Below, piece by piece: positions 13,619 through 27,669 of a DNA stretch of 64,000 bases. How positions within the stretch are numbered: the stretch's first letter is position 1; every line of letters begins with the position of its first letter. Location of the stretch: NCBI RefSeq assembly GCF_009914755.1, contig NC_060934.1; one strand, 5' to 3'. This stretch comes from the human T2T-CHM13v2.0 reference genome, Homo sapiens. The notes below the pieces were generated by a model. It was not told the origin of the DNA. It saw only the letters and a program-made list of their open reading frames with translations, and did not search any database. Both the position numbers and the translations under genes were made by a program.

Positions 13619-14496
13619 CTGTGGCATCCCACGTGTAGGGTAGTGGGAATAGTCCACCCTTGGTACAGGCATTGAGAGGGATACATTGTGTGTAGAGATT
13701 TTTAAAGCAATTATAAAACGAAATAAAAGTCAGTCTGCTTTTTATTATTGCCATGTGCCAACAATTCTAAACGTTGCCAGTCATAAAATACTCCTCCCTG
13801 AAACAATCTTTTGTTGGTTCTAACTTCTAAACAACCCCTGTGGTTTCTGTTGAGTTTTAATAATATGTGTGTAAGCTTCAAATTAGCACATTTTAATAAT
13901 TTATCCTTTAGTAAATATTGTACTCTAGATGAAAGTCAATTCCAAGAACTCCCAGTTGTTTAGTGGGTCCTTGTGAGAATGTTCCTTGTGAGAATGAATT
14001 TGTGACTGTGTGAGCTGTTTGACATTGTGCAAGCTCTTCTCCAGCCAGGACTTCACATCTCCAACTCCTAATGGTACTACATCCTCCTGCACTTAAACAG
14101 AGGGTTCGAAATAAACCATGATAGCATCGTGATCTTAAAGATGAAAAAACAGAACTAGAGTTATTTCAACTCTGTCAATTTATGTGGCCACTTAGAGATT
14201 TTGTGTTGAAAATGTAAACGGAAAGAGTACAAGCTATGCTCTATTTCTGTTGGACAAATGCAAGTTTTGGTTTACACTAAAATATTTTACTGAAATGGAA
14301 CAATACCTTTAAATAGAAAGATCTTTAAAATAGAAATGTATTTGCTCTTTTAAATTGTCAACTGTTTTAATACTATAAGAGGAATCAAGAAAATAATACT
14401 ATTACAGATTATCACTATGACTAACTGTCATATTGAGGAAGGGGATGTTGAAAAATGATCCCCTTCTGGGTGCCAAATACACTAAGCATGCCCATG
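13619..14496 (+). mobile_element. MER97 (hAT-Tip100) DNA transposon, near full length
   Basis: Matches recalled MER97 body (aaaagtcagtctgctttttattatt...gcttcaaattagcacatttt) and end (aaaaatgatcc...gggtgccaaatacacta); ~880 bp. Confidence 0.8.
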
Positions 14497-14730
14497 CATG
14501 ACTTGGCAGGTTGCTAGGGCAAGACCAGGCAGTACTGTGAAGCAGATGAGTGTGGCACCAGTTCATCAGCTCCATCTGTGTCTTGTCTTTCAAGCCCTGT
14601 CCCTTCCCAGGCCTCACCCTAGCTTTGCCAATTCAAGATTCCACTTCTGAAGTTTTGCTCTCTGCAGTCAGTTAACGTATTCTTTTATGGCATAACTGTC
14701 TCTATGGAGTATTTACATTTTACAGGAGCC

Positions 14731-14979
14731 TTTACTTTAAAGTAAATACCTTTATTAAGATATAATTCACATATCATATAATTCACCCATTTAGTGTTTA
14801 TAACCCAATTAGTATGTCTACAGTAGTGTAACCATCACCATAATCAATTTTGGAACATTTTCATCACCCACAAAAGAAATTCCATAACTATTCGTAGTCA
14901 TTCCCTATTTCTGTACCCCCTGCCACCCCCAACTGTTTTCTCCTCTGCAATCCCTGGCCCCAGGTAATCACTTATCTAC
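14731..14979 (-). mobile_element. L1MB 3' end (left part of interrupted copy)
   Basis: tttattaagatataattcacatatcat...cccaggtaatcacttatctac; resumes at 15756. Confidence 0.85.
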
Positions 14980-15755
14980 TCTGCAAACTGATTATACAAA
15001 ATGGACTCATTTTTGTCATACCCAACCAACGAAGACTAGGGGGGGATAGGGAAGCAGGTCACGAATGCCTACTCCGGGAACTGTCTTCCAAGTCCAATCC
15101 AAAACTGCATCAGCCTGCTATTGAGGCAGGAGAATAGGGTCTGGAGGCAGGGAACCTAAGAACTTCCTAGAACTAAATCAAAGGGAAAAACCCTGATCTC
15201 CTAAACCCAAGTAAATAACTTTGTAACTTCACTTCATCCTCTTCATTTACATAGGCGTACACCAATTAACCAGTGGGAAACCTCTTAGAGGGTATTTAAA
15301 CCCCAGAAAATTCTGTAACCAGTGTTCTTGAGCCGCTTGCTCGAGCTAACTCCCCCTCTGTAGAGTGTACTTTCGTTTCAATAAATCTGTGCTTTTCTTT
15401 CATTGCTTTGGTTGTGTGTTTTGTCCAATTCTTTGTTCAAAATGCCAAGAACCCAGACACCGTCCACTGGTAACACTATGCCTTTAAAATACAAGTTTTA
15501 CCTAGAAACTGCTGCCATTCACCAATCAGAACTTGCCTGCTCCTGCAAAACAATGCCCACACCAGTTAACTTTATTTCAAAATAACGTATGTAACCTTCC
15601 TCTTTTCCCCCAATAAAACCCCAGGCTTTCCCTTTGTTCTAGGACATACCTAACAGCTGCCTGGTTTGTGTGCCCCAAATTATAATTCTTGTATATTATT
15701 TCTAAATAAACCCTTTGCTTGAAGATTCATCACTCATATTTATTTCATGTTCACA
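14980..15755 (+). mobile_element. ERV1 solo LTR (LTR54-like), itself interrupted by MER51
   Basis: aaactgattatacaaaatggactcatt...accaatcagaacttgcc...AATAAA...ttcaca; 4-bp TSD CTAC 14976-14979 / 15756-15759. Confidence 0.7.
15122..15475 (+). mobile_element. MER51 (short, MER51B-like) ERV1 solo LTR
   Basis: TGAGGCAGGAGAATAGGGTCTGGAGGCAGGGAACCTAAG...ccactggtaaCA; TATA-like tatttaaa, AATAAA; 4-bp TSD CTAT 15118-15121 / 15476-15479. Confidence 0.92.
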
Positions 15756-16164
15756 CTACTTTCTGTCTCTATGTATTCACCTATCCTGGACATTTCATAT
15801 AGCATAATTTTTTAAGGTTCATCCATGCTGTAGCATGGAACTTTGTTCCTTTTATTGCTAAATAATATTCTATTGCATGGACATACCACATTTCATTTAC
15901 CTCTTTATCACCAGTTGATGAACATTTGGGCTGTTTCCACTTTTTAGCAACTGTGAGTAGTGCTGCTATAAAAAATCACCTACAGGCTTTTGTGTGGACA
16001 TGTGTTTTTAATTCTCTTGGGTATATACCTAGCAATGGAAATGCTGGGGCATATGGTAACTCTGTTTAACTTTTTGAAACACTGCAAAACTGTTTTTTCA
16101 AAGTGGCTGCACCTCTTTACAATCTTACCAGCGATGTAGGAGGGTTCCAGTTGCTCCACATCTT
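15756..16164 (-). mobile_element. L1MB 3' region (right part)
   Basis: ctactttctgtctctatg...gttgatgaacatttgggctgtttccac...agggttccagttgctccacatc. Confidence 0.88.
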
Positions 16165-16357
16165 AATAGAAGTCTTTGAAAGTAGGGGGTAAAAAGAGTG
16201 TGAAGGGAGTAAACATGCACTGAGCACTGAGCATAAAACATACATTAACTCCAAAATCTATGTACTTTTGGTTGTACTATGCTGAGGACCAAAAAGCCTT
16301 CACTGGACTGAATCTTCCCCTGTGTAAGGGCAGAAATAAGAAATTGGATGGTTGGGT

Positions 16358-16837
16358 TGCAGGAATCAAAACTACAGCCACACCTCTTACTGTCCTTAGT
16401 AACCTGACTTTACCATTCCAATGTCTTCATCAATGTAGCTTTCCTATTCCAGAAAACTCCTGGTCAGGAAGATAAAAGCTGCAAATAATTTAATTGTGGA
16501 TTCCAGGAACTTCCTGAAAAATCCATCAACCCCTCAACAGAAAGTAGCAAACAATAGTTTGCACCTCAAGTCTCCTTTGAACTCCTCACCTCAAAATCCC
16601 CACCTGGCCATTCACTAATACTAAACCATTATATCATAATCCTTAGCTAATCTTAACTAAGACCCAGGATAAACCAGACTTCAAAACTCTCATAAATATT
16701 CTAACTTTGCCTTCCCCATTCTAAGATGCTACCAAGAGTCTGTTTAGATAGTGTTTTCTCCACCAGCAAAAACAAACTCAGTTTTGCCTTAACAACAGGT
16801 TGCTTTGGAGATATTCTGGGAAAGCTAAGATTTGACA
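16358..16837 (+). mobile_element. ERV1 solo LTR (MER67-like)
   Basis: Homologous to 9130-9675 (caggaagata, aaaccaga, ctcataaatat, aaactcagttttgcctt...caggtt); ends gaca; start approximate. Confidence 0.72.
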
Positions 16838-17280
16838 GTGGATATTTGTGAAAGGAAGCCTGCAACCCCACATACATGTATAGACAGGTGTCTTGCCTCC
16901 CTACCTGGATGGTCAGACCTGCCTAGGAGTGAGTAGTAAAAGGCTCCTGTAGTACTAAGAAGAATCTTGCTTAAAGTCACAAAATATTAGAGTAGTAGAA
17001 TGAGAAAAACAAAGAAAACATAATTTAAATTTTCTATTAGACTATAAGTTCTCTGAGAGCTTTCCAATAATCTACCTACTCAATCCCCTCAAAATCCTCT
17101 GCAGTTTGGTCTACTGGTGCTACATGGGGGTTGTATGGCTAAGCCATGACCAGGATGACTTAAATCACATAGTTTGCTCTGAGTCTTGGGTTAGATGCTA
17201 CATGAAAAGTTATAATCAGTAAGAAAGGTACCAAGTTCTACCAAAAGCGCTTCTTTATTTTAAAAGTTGTTTTAAAGTAG

Positions 17281-17577
<297 letters not shown>

Positions 17578-17643
17578 TACAGTAGTGTATTTTCAAAGGA
17601 ACAGTCACCTAATGTTTATTTGATGCTAAATGTTTTATGCTAA

Positions 17644-17982
<339 letters not shown>

Positions 17983-18869
17983 TTAATCTCTTACCTACTT
18001 ATATAAATGAAGCTTTACAATTATTATTCCAATTATTCTAATTCCAATTATTATGGCATAACATTGATACAAAGGGAAAGAGAGTTCACAGTAGACAACA
18101 AAAAAGACATGGACACTATTTAATGTAACTTACATCTCTATTAGGAAATTGTAAAACGTAAAGGATTCATATACAATAGAATTGCCAGGTTCATGCCTCA
18201 GTATCTACCATGCATATCTTAGTTCCCCAAACTGTTCACTGTTTGCAGATGCATCGTATTTTGACATATTTCTGAGTTTATGAGTCATTTTCTATCCTTG
18301 GAGTGCTCTTTTCCCTCTTACCACCAACAGCTATGTTCCACCATCCCTGTTTATCTAGTGAAATTCTTTTCAGCCAGGCATTCTGTGCTTTAATGTCCTA
18401 AACGACATTCACATAGGCCACTATTACACCTTCTACATCCATTTCCACTGGTGTTTTTCTAATACTTGTTTAAATGTTTTTTCTTAATTTAAGCATATAA
18501 ATGGGAAACTTAATATCAAATTATGTAAAAATTTAAATAGCATTACTTTCCATAATTAGAAAGTAACCATAAAAACAAATACTCTGGAAAAAATACGTTG
18601 TTATATTCTAGCTAGAAAGCTAACAAATGCTCTGATTCTGAGACTCTTTGTAAAATAGGAGATTGCAAGATTAAAGAGTTGAGGACATACTCCAACAAAC
18701 TGAAACTTCCTCTTAGACTTGATCAGAATAACGAAAAGGAAATAATTCTCCCACGGTGGGATTCAATGTTATATAATACCATGCCATGTTTCTCCTACTC
18801 ACAGTCGGATACCTAGATTCCTCTCCGGTATCATCAGTCGTGGGTGCTCCACACTTTGGGAAACATTGG

Positions 18870-19090
18870 CGCAGAGGAATAATGGTGGGCTTTGGGGCCA
18901 GATTGTTCTGTGCTCAAACCTGAGGGTTGCCATTTATAAATTTGGCTTTGGACAGGTAACTTGACCTTTGTAAACTTCCTGTCTTCTTAAGTAAATATGA
19001 TCAACCTCAGCAGGAGATTTGAAGGATTTGAGATAAGGTATTTATAAGATGGCTAGCATATGAAATGTCTTAATAAACCATAGCTTATAT
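18870..19090 (+). mobile_element. MIR relic
   Basis: ctttggacaggtaacttgacct...caggagatttgaaggatttgagataa; approximate. Confidence 0.55.
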
Positions 19091-21115
19091 TATTATTATC
19101 TTTATCATTATCATCATTATCATCCTTCAAGGCATGGATCAAATATTATACCCTCTGTAAAAATGCCAGTTTCTTCCCTGAAATTTCACAACACTCTGAA
19201 CATACTTTCATTTGAATGACTTGTTTATATCTGTCTCACTCATTGTTTAGTGAGTTTTTCAAAGGCAAAGCCTCTTCTCAGCAGAGCAGAGCAAAGCACA
19301 CGCTGATTGAAAGCCTACTCTGTCCAAAGCTCTGTGAGTCATATCATGATTCGGAAAAAAATCTGCAAATTTAAACCTGCAAGAGATTGAGCACTCAGGC
19401 AGGTTATGGCCATATCATCAGAACAGTTGCTCAGGAAACAGCCTCATACATGCTGAAAAGAGCAACTGATACATGTTTCTACTTTGTAAATTAAGAGGCA
19501 AGACACTTAGGGCCAGAAAATTTTCCACATGTCCCTAGCATGCCCTTGTCCTCCCACAGCTGTTCCTTTCTACTCCTCTTAATAAAAAATTCAAGTTACC
19601 AAACAATGGCTGCTAACTCTTGAGTACAATTCCTCCTCTTCTGAGAACTGTCTTGATCCAAATATTTCTGAAACTAGATGAACTTCAGTTCACCCCTCCC
19701 TCTGAATCCCTATAAACACTTCTGCCCTCCTTCCCCAAGTTAAAATGCTCCTTCAGAACCTTCTTTGACCTGGCATTTTTGAGTAAAGGCTTATGCTAAC
19801 ATTCTCTGGTTGATTTTCTTTACTCCAGAAAACAGTAAAGTGTCATGAGAATGATATTTAGAGATCTTAAACCAATGTTTTAAACTTTTTAAAACTGTAA
19901 AATATTTCACTGAAACAAAAGAATACATGAAATAGCTAATTCAGTTTTCATTCTCTGTAACCAGTTTTAGCTTTCATTCTCTATATATCATGCTGCCCTT
20001 CAGCTCTTTATCTATTGAATTGAGGACATCCAAGCTTCTTCAGAAGGTCAGATACTACTTAGAACAAAAAGGTCAATATCCAGCTTTGAGTTTCAAATTA
20101 GCCTAAAAACATTTATTCAGGCAAAGTCTTGGAAAACAGATTTTATTAAGTAAGTTTTTTCTCTCTAAATTGTCAAAGCTTTTCTTAACACAGCAAAGCT
20201 TGGAGGTCTGACATAATGTTTCACTAGAAGCCTTAGAGAGGATTGAGGATATGATGTAGAGAAAGTTTGGAGGGGATGAGACCAGGGCCAGGACATTGCC
20301 TGCATCACAGAAAAGAGGCCCAGTGTTTATCCTACTAATTTTCAGGCCAGGGAGAAGGAGAAACTGAAAGACAGGCATGCAAGTGTTTGACTTTTCATAT
20401 GGAGCTGCGGGGAGACTTTACCAACCTAGGGCAGCTACAGTGGCACAGAAACAGTGTCTTGGTGTGATTCTGCAAGACAAGACCGAAGTCAGTGCTTCTA
20501 GTCTGCCACGGCCTTTGCTTTCCTGCAGGAGATCCACAAGTTCCTATGTGCTCTGTGAAGCCACAGAGGACTGCTGAGGTGACTGGCTTTCTGAAATAAT
20601 CTTGGTGACAGTACAAGGAAGTCTCAAAATACGGACAGCTTAACATGGAGCAATGGTAACGCTCATGCTCAACAGCAGGCACCGAGACAAAGCCAAAAAG
20701 ATCTAACAGCACCCAGCACAGCTCAGTAAACACCAGTGTAGTGCACCAAGTAATCAGGGATGGGGATGACTGAGTGAAGGCCAGTAAGTAACCAGATGAT
20801 AGCACATGAGCCACAAGGCCCCTGCCCAGTGCCAGCACATGGTGTTAGCAGCTCTTAGTACCTAGATGGCATCTAGAAGGAAAAAAAAGGAGAAAGAGTT
20901 CAAAACTCGACAAAACATGAAAAATTACCAGAAAGAAAAAACTGAGCTACCTTTAACTGGAAAGTTGATTTTTGTTGTTGTAGTTATTGTGATTTTGTTA
21001 TTTCCAAGCAGAGTTAGGGGCTCAAGAGTGATCAATCCATGAAATAAAGTGTGTTTTTAAAAAAATATCTGATTGGTAGAATATGAATTCAAGGCTTCCT
21101 GTTAAAATAACATAG

Positions 21116-21431
21116 TGTAAGGACGATGGGTGCACTGCAGTCAAGTATAGGCCAAGGTACACATCTGGCACAGCATGACACAGCAGGATTGGAACTCAGG
21201 CGCACAATCCCATGCATTGTATAATCACAGCTGTGTAGTCATAACATCCGAGGGCTCATCACCTGGCTGTGAGCCACTGTTGTCTGTGAGGTGCATAAAT
21301 GCAGCACTGACAGTTGAGTGAGCTGCTGAATAAAGCCATGTCCCACCTATCTGTGGTCTCTTGAGTGTTCTTTCAGCTACCTGCCACCCCACTGACTCCC
21401 CTCAGACCTCAGCTTGGGCTGGAATCTAACA
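21116..21431 (+). mobile_element. LTR18-family ERVL solo LTR inserted into a MIR 5' end
   Basis: TGTAAGG...taggccaagg...gagccactgttgtctgt...taaagccatgtc...actcccctcagacctcag...aCA; 5-bp TSD catag/aatag. Confidence 0.85.
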
Positions 21432-22168
21432 AATAGTGGTCAAGATGATGAGCCCTGGGATGAGACTTCATGCTTCCAATCCTGGCTCATCACTTTTTAG
21501 CATGAGTTGAAATCTTCCTCCTTTTAGTTTCCACCCAGGAGTGCAGTTCTGTGCCCTACAAGAAATCTATGCCCAATAAAAGAAATCAGCCCTCTCATAC
21601 ATGACAGCCTTTCAGATGTCAGAAGACAACCTTTGTCTCCCCTGTGAGCTTGTCCTTCGTTGGTCTACCTTCTCTAGAACTTTTAATCCACAGTCACATC
21701 ATATGATCCATCACCCTGTCACCATCCAGACTGCTCTCCCTAAAAGTATTTGCAAGTTACCTATATTCCCTTCATAGTAACTTCACACTGTTAACACATA
21801 ACTGCTTGATAAGACTCCACTTTTGTCCTCAGCCATGACTGGAATGGTTCTTTTCATTCCCTTGAATCCTCATCTTTGACTCAAACCCCTCTTGGAATTA
21901 TACAGAATTTAGTCATCCTGTCAGGAGAAGGCCGCTGGCAGCTGTGATTCAACTATCCAGATATTCGCAATTTTCCCTACCTTATCTCCCTTATGCTGAT
22001 AGGTTTAAACAAAGAGATGAGGTTAATTAGAAAGTCAGCTGTTGGGTCCAAGTTCCCCGATCACTACTTCTCTACAAAGCAAGAACAGAAAAGTAAGAGA
22101 GTAAAGAAGGGGTTTACTGCATGTTCTAACACCAACCCCCAAAGCCTTAGTCATAAAAGATAACTTTC

Positions 22169-22430
22169 GCCCAGGCGTGGTGGCTCATGCCTGCAATCCC
22201 AGCACTTTGGGAGGCCGAGGCAGGTGGATCACGAGGTCAGGAGATTGAGACCATCCTGGCTAACATGGTGAAACCCCGTCTTTACTAAAAATACAAAAAA
22301 ATTAGCCAAGGGTGAGGCAGGCACCTGTAGTCCCAGCTACTCAGGAGGCTGAGGCAGGAGAATGGTGTGAACCCAGGAGGCGGAGCTTGCACCGGAGCCA
22401 AGATTGCACCACTGCACTCCAGCCTGGGTG
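22169..22430 (+). mobile_element. AluY/Sc-like, lacking last ~20 nt and poly-A
   Basis: Diagnostic gagaccatcctggctaac and ggagcttgca; stops at ccagcctgggtg. Confidence 0.95.
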
Positions 22431-22754
22431 GGAATCTCTGGTTATGCTTCTAGGGGTCATATCATTCAAACATTGTCTTGTTTAAATATCACCCTTTATT
22501 CTTTCATTTTCGGATTCTCTTTTTCATTCAGGACTCAACAGTCACTAGTGGCTGAGAAAAGAGTTTTGTCTAGGTTGGAGCCATGATGCGCTTATCTGTT
22601 GATAGACATGTCACATAAGCATTTCTCCAGTACAGAAACATGCAGTAAATTGAAATCTGTACACCAGGATTAGATACACCCAGGATTGTATGCCAACTTC
22701 CAATAGCTTTCCCACACCAGGAAAATGAAATTTATGATAAAGTAGCTTCTAAGT

Positions 22755-22995
22755 TCAATACAGTCTAGTGGTTACAGAGTGGTTTCTGGAGCCAGACTGC
22801 CTGGATTTGAATTCCAGCCCCTCCACTTACTAGCCAGTGGGAGAGTCACTTAATTCCTTTGTGTCTGAGTTTCTCTACCTTTAAAAAATAAATAAATGAG
22901 ATGGAAAGATTTTTTTAAATGAAGGCAATAATAAGGTCTACCTCATAGTGTTGTTGTGAGCATTAAATGCATTAATATATGTAAAATGCTTAGAC
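22755..22995 (+). mobile_element. MIR SINE
   Basis: ctggagccagactgcctggatttgaattccagcc...tacctcatagtgttgttgtgagcattaaatg. Confidence 0.85.
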
Positions 22996-23351
22996 CATCC
23001 AATTAATCCAGTCAACAAGGGATGTAAATTACGTCAAGAGACTCTGAACAAGCTATAGTAATCTTCCCTGTACAGTTATACCTATGAGCTATATACATTT
23101 ATTTAGATACAGGAAGAACGGTGAAATAGGGATCAAAAAAAAGAAGAGCCCCTGACACTGCCACTAGCTAGCAAATTATTTATCATTTCTGTGCTCCAAT
23201 TTATTCATCTGCAAAAATGAGATAGTAATATTACCTGGTAGTTACTGAGAAGACTATGGGACAATTTACATGGAGCACCACGTAAATGGCAGAGCACTGT
23301 ACAAATGTAAAAGGTCATTAATATCATTGATCATCATTCTTCTCACAATTA

Positions 23352-23698
<347 letters not shown>

Positions 23699-25059
23699 AT
23701 CAGGATATCCTGCCTTGTAAAAAGAAATTGATTATTTTCTTTAACCCTTTTTTCTAGACTTGAAGAAAGCCCCTTTGCATTTCCTTGGCATTAGAGCATT
23801 TCGTCTTCATTTCAATGTATCAGCGCACGTATAACACTGCATTACACGGCCCAGTTTTCAAGGTCAGAGCTTGCCTGTGATCACTATACTTCAGTTTGGC
23901 TTATTGGCCTATTTGGATGAATATTTGATCTCTTTAAAAGTGTTTCCAAATGACAAGGAAAGGATAAAACACTTTTAGGCAAGACTCCTGTGGATGGCTC
24001 ATGATGCATTTACAGCTTCAAACAGATTGTGTCCTTCCCTAAAGAAGGTATCCTGTTGGAACTTAAGCTTCAGTTTCTCTTGGTTTGGATCTCAGACTCC
24101 ATTTTGCTTCTGTAATCCATGCTCAAAGACTGCTACAGTCTTGACTTTGGTCATTCATTTCCTTGAGTTACCTGGAGAAATTAATCTGATTTTAGTTAAA
24201 CCTTTTCTACACCAGGTAAATCTTGATATAACCAAAGTGAAGACCTTGTTCACACTCTGTGGGCAATGGGTATGATTTCATATTCCATAGTTCAGGGCCT
24301 TTCCTCTTGCATCCTCAGGAATCAGAATAACCAGCCTTCTGTCACATGGACCATGCCAACTAGAAATCACCCTAAATGTCTTATAGTTTACGTAACTTTA
24401 TTGGGTTCTCCCTCAAACAAAAATCCTCTATTTCTGATTATTTGTCCCAAATGTATCTGGAAAATATTTTCAAGCTAAATCTCATTTTCTTATTTCCTGT
24501 CCATATTTTTAACTTCCCCAGACCCCCTGGATAATTTATCTATTGCATTATTATGTGCAGTTAAAGAAGTAAAGACCTGCTCCTTCTCAGTCTTTGAGCT
24601 CAGGAAATATCTCCAATCATTTTTCAATTTTTTGTGGTCCAGAGAGAGCCTAAACATGTGTTTTCTGGGGGAAATTTAATCCACATGCTTATGATTAATT
24701 TATATAGAAGTCATTGAATTGGTGTTTCTAAGACATTACATTTGGCAAGCTACCTCTCTTGCCCTTCAAATTCCTTCTTGCGTTTTATTTGAGTTGGTAT
24801 GGAACTCTACCCAGGTGCTTTTCAGTGCTGGCAAGATACTTCAAAAAGTCATCCTGAATATCTGAGATGCCATTCTGTCCATTTTATAGTTGATATATAA
24901 CTGCCTGAATGGAGGGTATCTTACAGTATAGAGAGTGATTAAATAATTTATCATCAGGATTCTTTTATGCAGCAGCTATAACTGCTCCTCAGAGTGGGCT
25001 ATGGCTTCTAATGGCTGATTCATTCAAAATTAAAATTCATTTCAATTTAATCCCAGCCA

Positions 25060-25700
25060 ATTTAATAATACTTCACTATGTACCTCTTATGTGCTAGGTA
25101 CAATAAGTCATAATATTTCCTGCCTTCAATTTGCTCATTGTTTAAAAGGAAAAATTGATCCATCTATTTAAACTATGATAGAAGGAACTAAATGTAACAT
25201 ATAATCAAAGTGCTATGAAAGAACCAGAAATTCCTATTGGAGACATCAGGGAATATGGAAATACGGCTGCACTTAGGAATTACTGAGTATGTTGTGGGTA
25301 ATTAAGAGTAGGTGGCTACAGTGGAAGACATGCAATCTGGGACTGGCTCATTGGAATAAGATTCCAAAGGCAGCGAAAATCCAGATTATGGAAAGCGTTG
25401 GATGGCATGCTTAGGAGTCTGGGGCATTATGTAGGCAAAGGGGATCCAACGAAGGTTTTTTTTTTTAAATACAAAGAATGATATAATCATATGTTTAACT
25501 ATGATAATGTGGAAGACAGATTGGAAGTGAAAGAAACTATAGGCAGGGGAAGATTCAGAAGACTGCTGTGATGATCCAGACAAGAAATATAGAGGCTCTG
25601 ACTGATGACAGAGACTAAAGTAATGACAGTGGATGGCTTGGATTTGAGACACATTGCTGAGATGGGCTTCATAGAGTTTAGAGGTGAGTAAGATATGAAG
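25060..25700 (-). mobile_element. L2 LINE relic
   Basis: tatgtgctaggtac...cctgccttca...gaagactgctgtgatgatccagacaaga...ggatttgagacac; approximate. Confidence 0.6.
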
Positions 25701-27020
25701 ACAGGGTAGGCTGTGAGTGATCTCTGGGTAAATTACCTACATTGTTGGGGTCTTCCTTTTCTTAACAATAGATTGAAGACAATATCTCCAGTTATATTAA
25801 GGATTTAAAAAACATAGTATGAGATGTTTTAGTTCCTTCTTGGCATACAGCAGGCTCTCATTTCAGGGTAACACAAAAAATAAAAATGAAAATGAGGTTT
25901 GTGAACTAAGATTTCCAGAACAAATCAATACCCATGCTTTTCAGGTCTCTGAACTTTTGGTATATACTATTTAAATATCTTTCACATGTATCTCTATAAA
26001 TATCTAGTTATTGGCTCATTTTTAAATTGACAAATAAAAATTATACATATATTTTTGGTGTGCAACATGTTTTGAAATATGTATAATATGTATATATTGT
26101 GAAACAGCTAAATCAAGCTAATTAACATATGTATTAGCTCACATACTTTTCATTTTTTGTGGTGAGAACACAAATATATTCTTAGTGATTTTCAAGAATA
26201 CATTTTTATTAACTAGAGCTGCCACATTGTACACAGATAACTTAAAACTATTCCTCTTATGGAATTGACATTTTGTATCCTTTGACTAACATTTCCCTAC
26301 CCCGCCTCCCCTTCCCCACCACAAGCCCATGATATACACCATTATACTCTCTGCTCCTATGAATTCAACTTTTTAAGATTCAATTTATTAGATTATATCC
26401 AAATATCAATTCAGATATATATCTATATATCTGAATAAATTTATTAGTTCTAATGGTTTTTTTAGTGGAGTCTTTAGGATTTCCTTATATAAGATCATGT
26501 CATCTGCAAAAAGGAACAATTTAACTTATTATTTTCCATATAAGTGCCATCATGTGCTATTTGTCTTTGTGTGCCTAGCTTATTTCACTTACCATAATGT
26601 CCTCCTCCAAGTTTATCCATGTTGTCTCAAATGACAGGATTCCCTTCTTTTTAAGGCTGAGTAGTATTCTATTGTGTATATATACCACATTTTATTTATC
26701 CATTCATCTGTTGATGGACACTTAGATTGTTTCCATATCTTGGCTATTGTAAGTAATGCTGCAATGATCATGGAAGGGCAGATATCTCTTCAACGTATTG
26801 ATTTCATTTCCTTTGGATATATATCTACCAGCAAGATTTCTGGGTCATATGGTAGCTTATTTTTATTATTTTGAGGAACCTCCATACTGTTTTCCAATAA
26901 TGACTGTACTAATTTACATTCCCACCAACAGTGTGCAAAGGATGTTCTTTTTTGATAGGATGAATTTTGATAGAGATTGCATTAAATCTGCACATCACTT
27001 TGGGTAGTATGAACATGTAA

Positions 27021-27473
<453 letters not shown>

Positions 27474-27669
27474 AAATGAGATTATTTTCTTGATTCTTTT
27501 TCAGATAGTTTCTTGTTAGTATATTAATATGCTACTATTTTTATATATTGGTTTTATATCCTGCAATTTTACTGAATCAATTTATTAGTTCTAATGGTTT
27601 TTTTAGTGGAGTCTTTAGGATTTCCTTATATAAGATCATGTCATCTGCAAAAAGGAACAATTTAACTTA

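Noticed and set aside
20395-20838. 147-aa minus-strand ORF
   Set aside because: No homology recognised, non-ATG start, no supporting exon structure.
20857-20874. CTCF-like cctagatggca (also cctgctagaggcag near 60747)
   Set aside because: Only partial matches to the CTCF core; not supportable without ChIP data.
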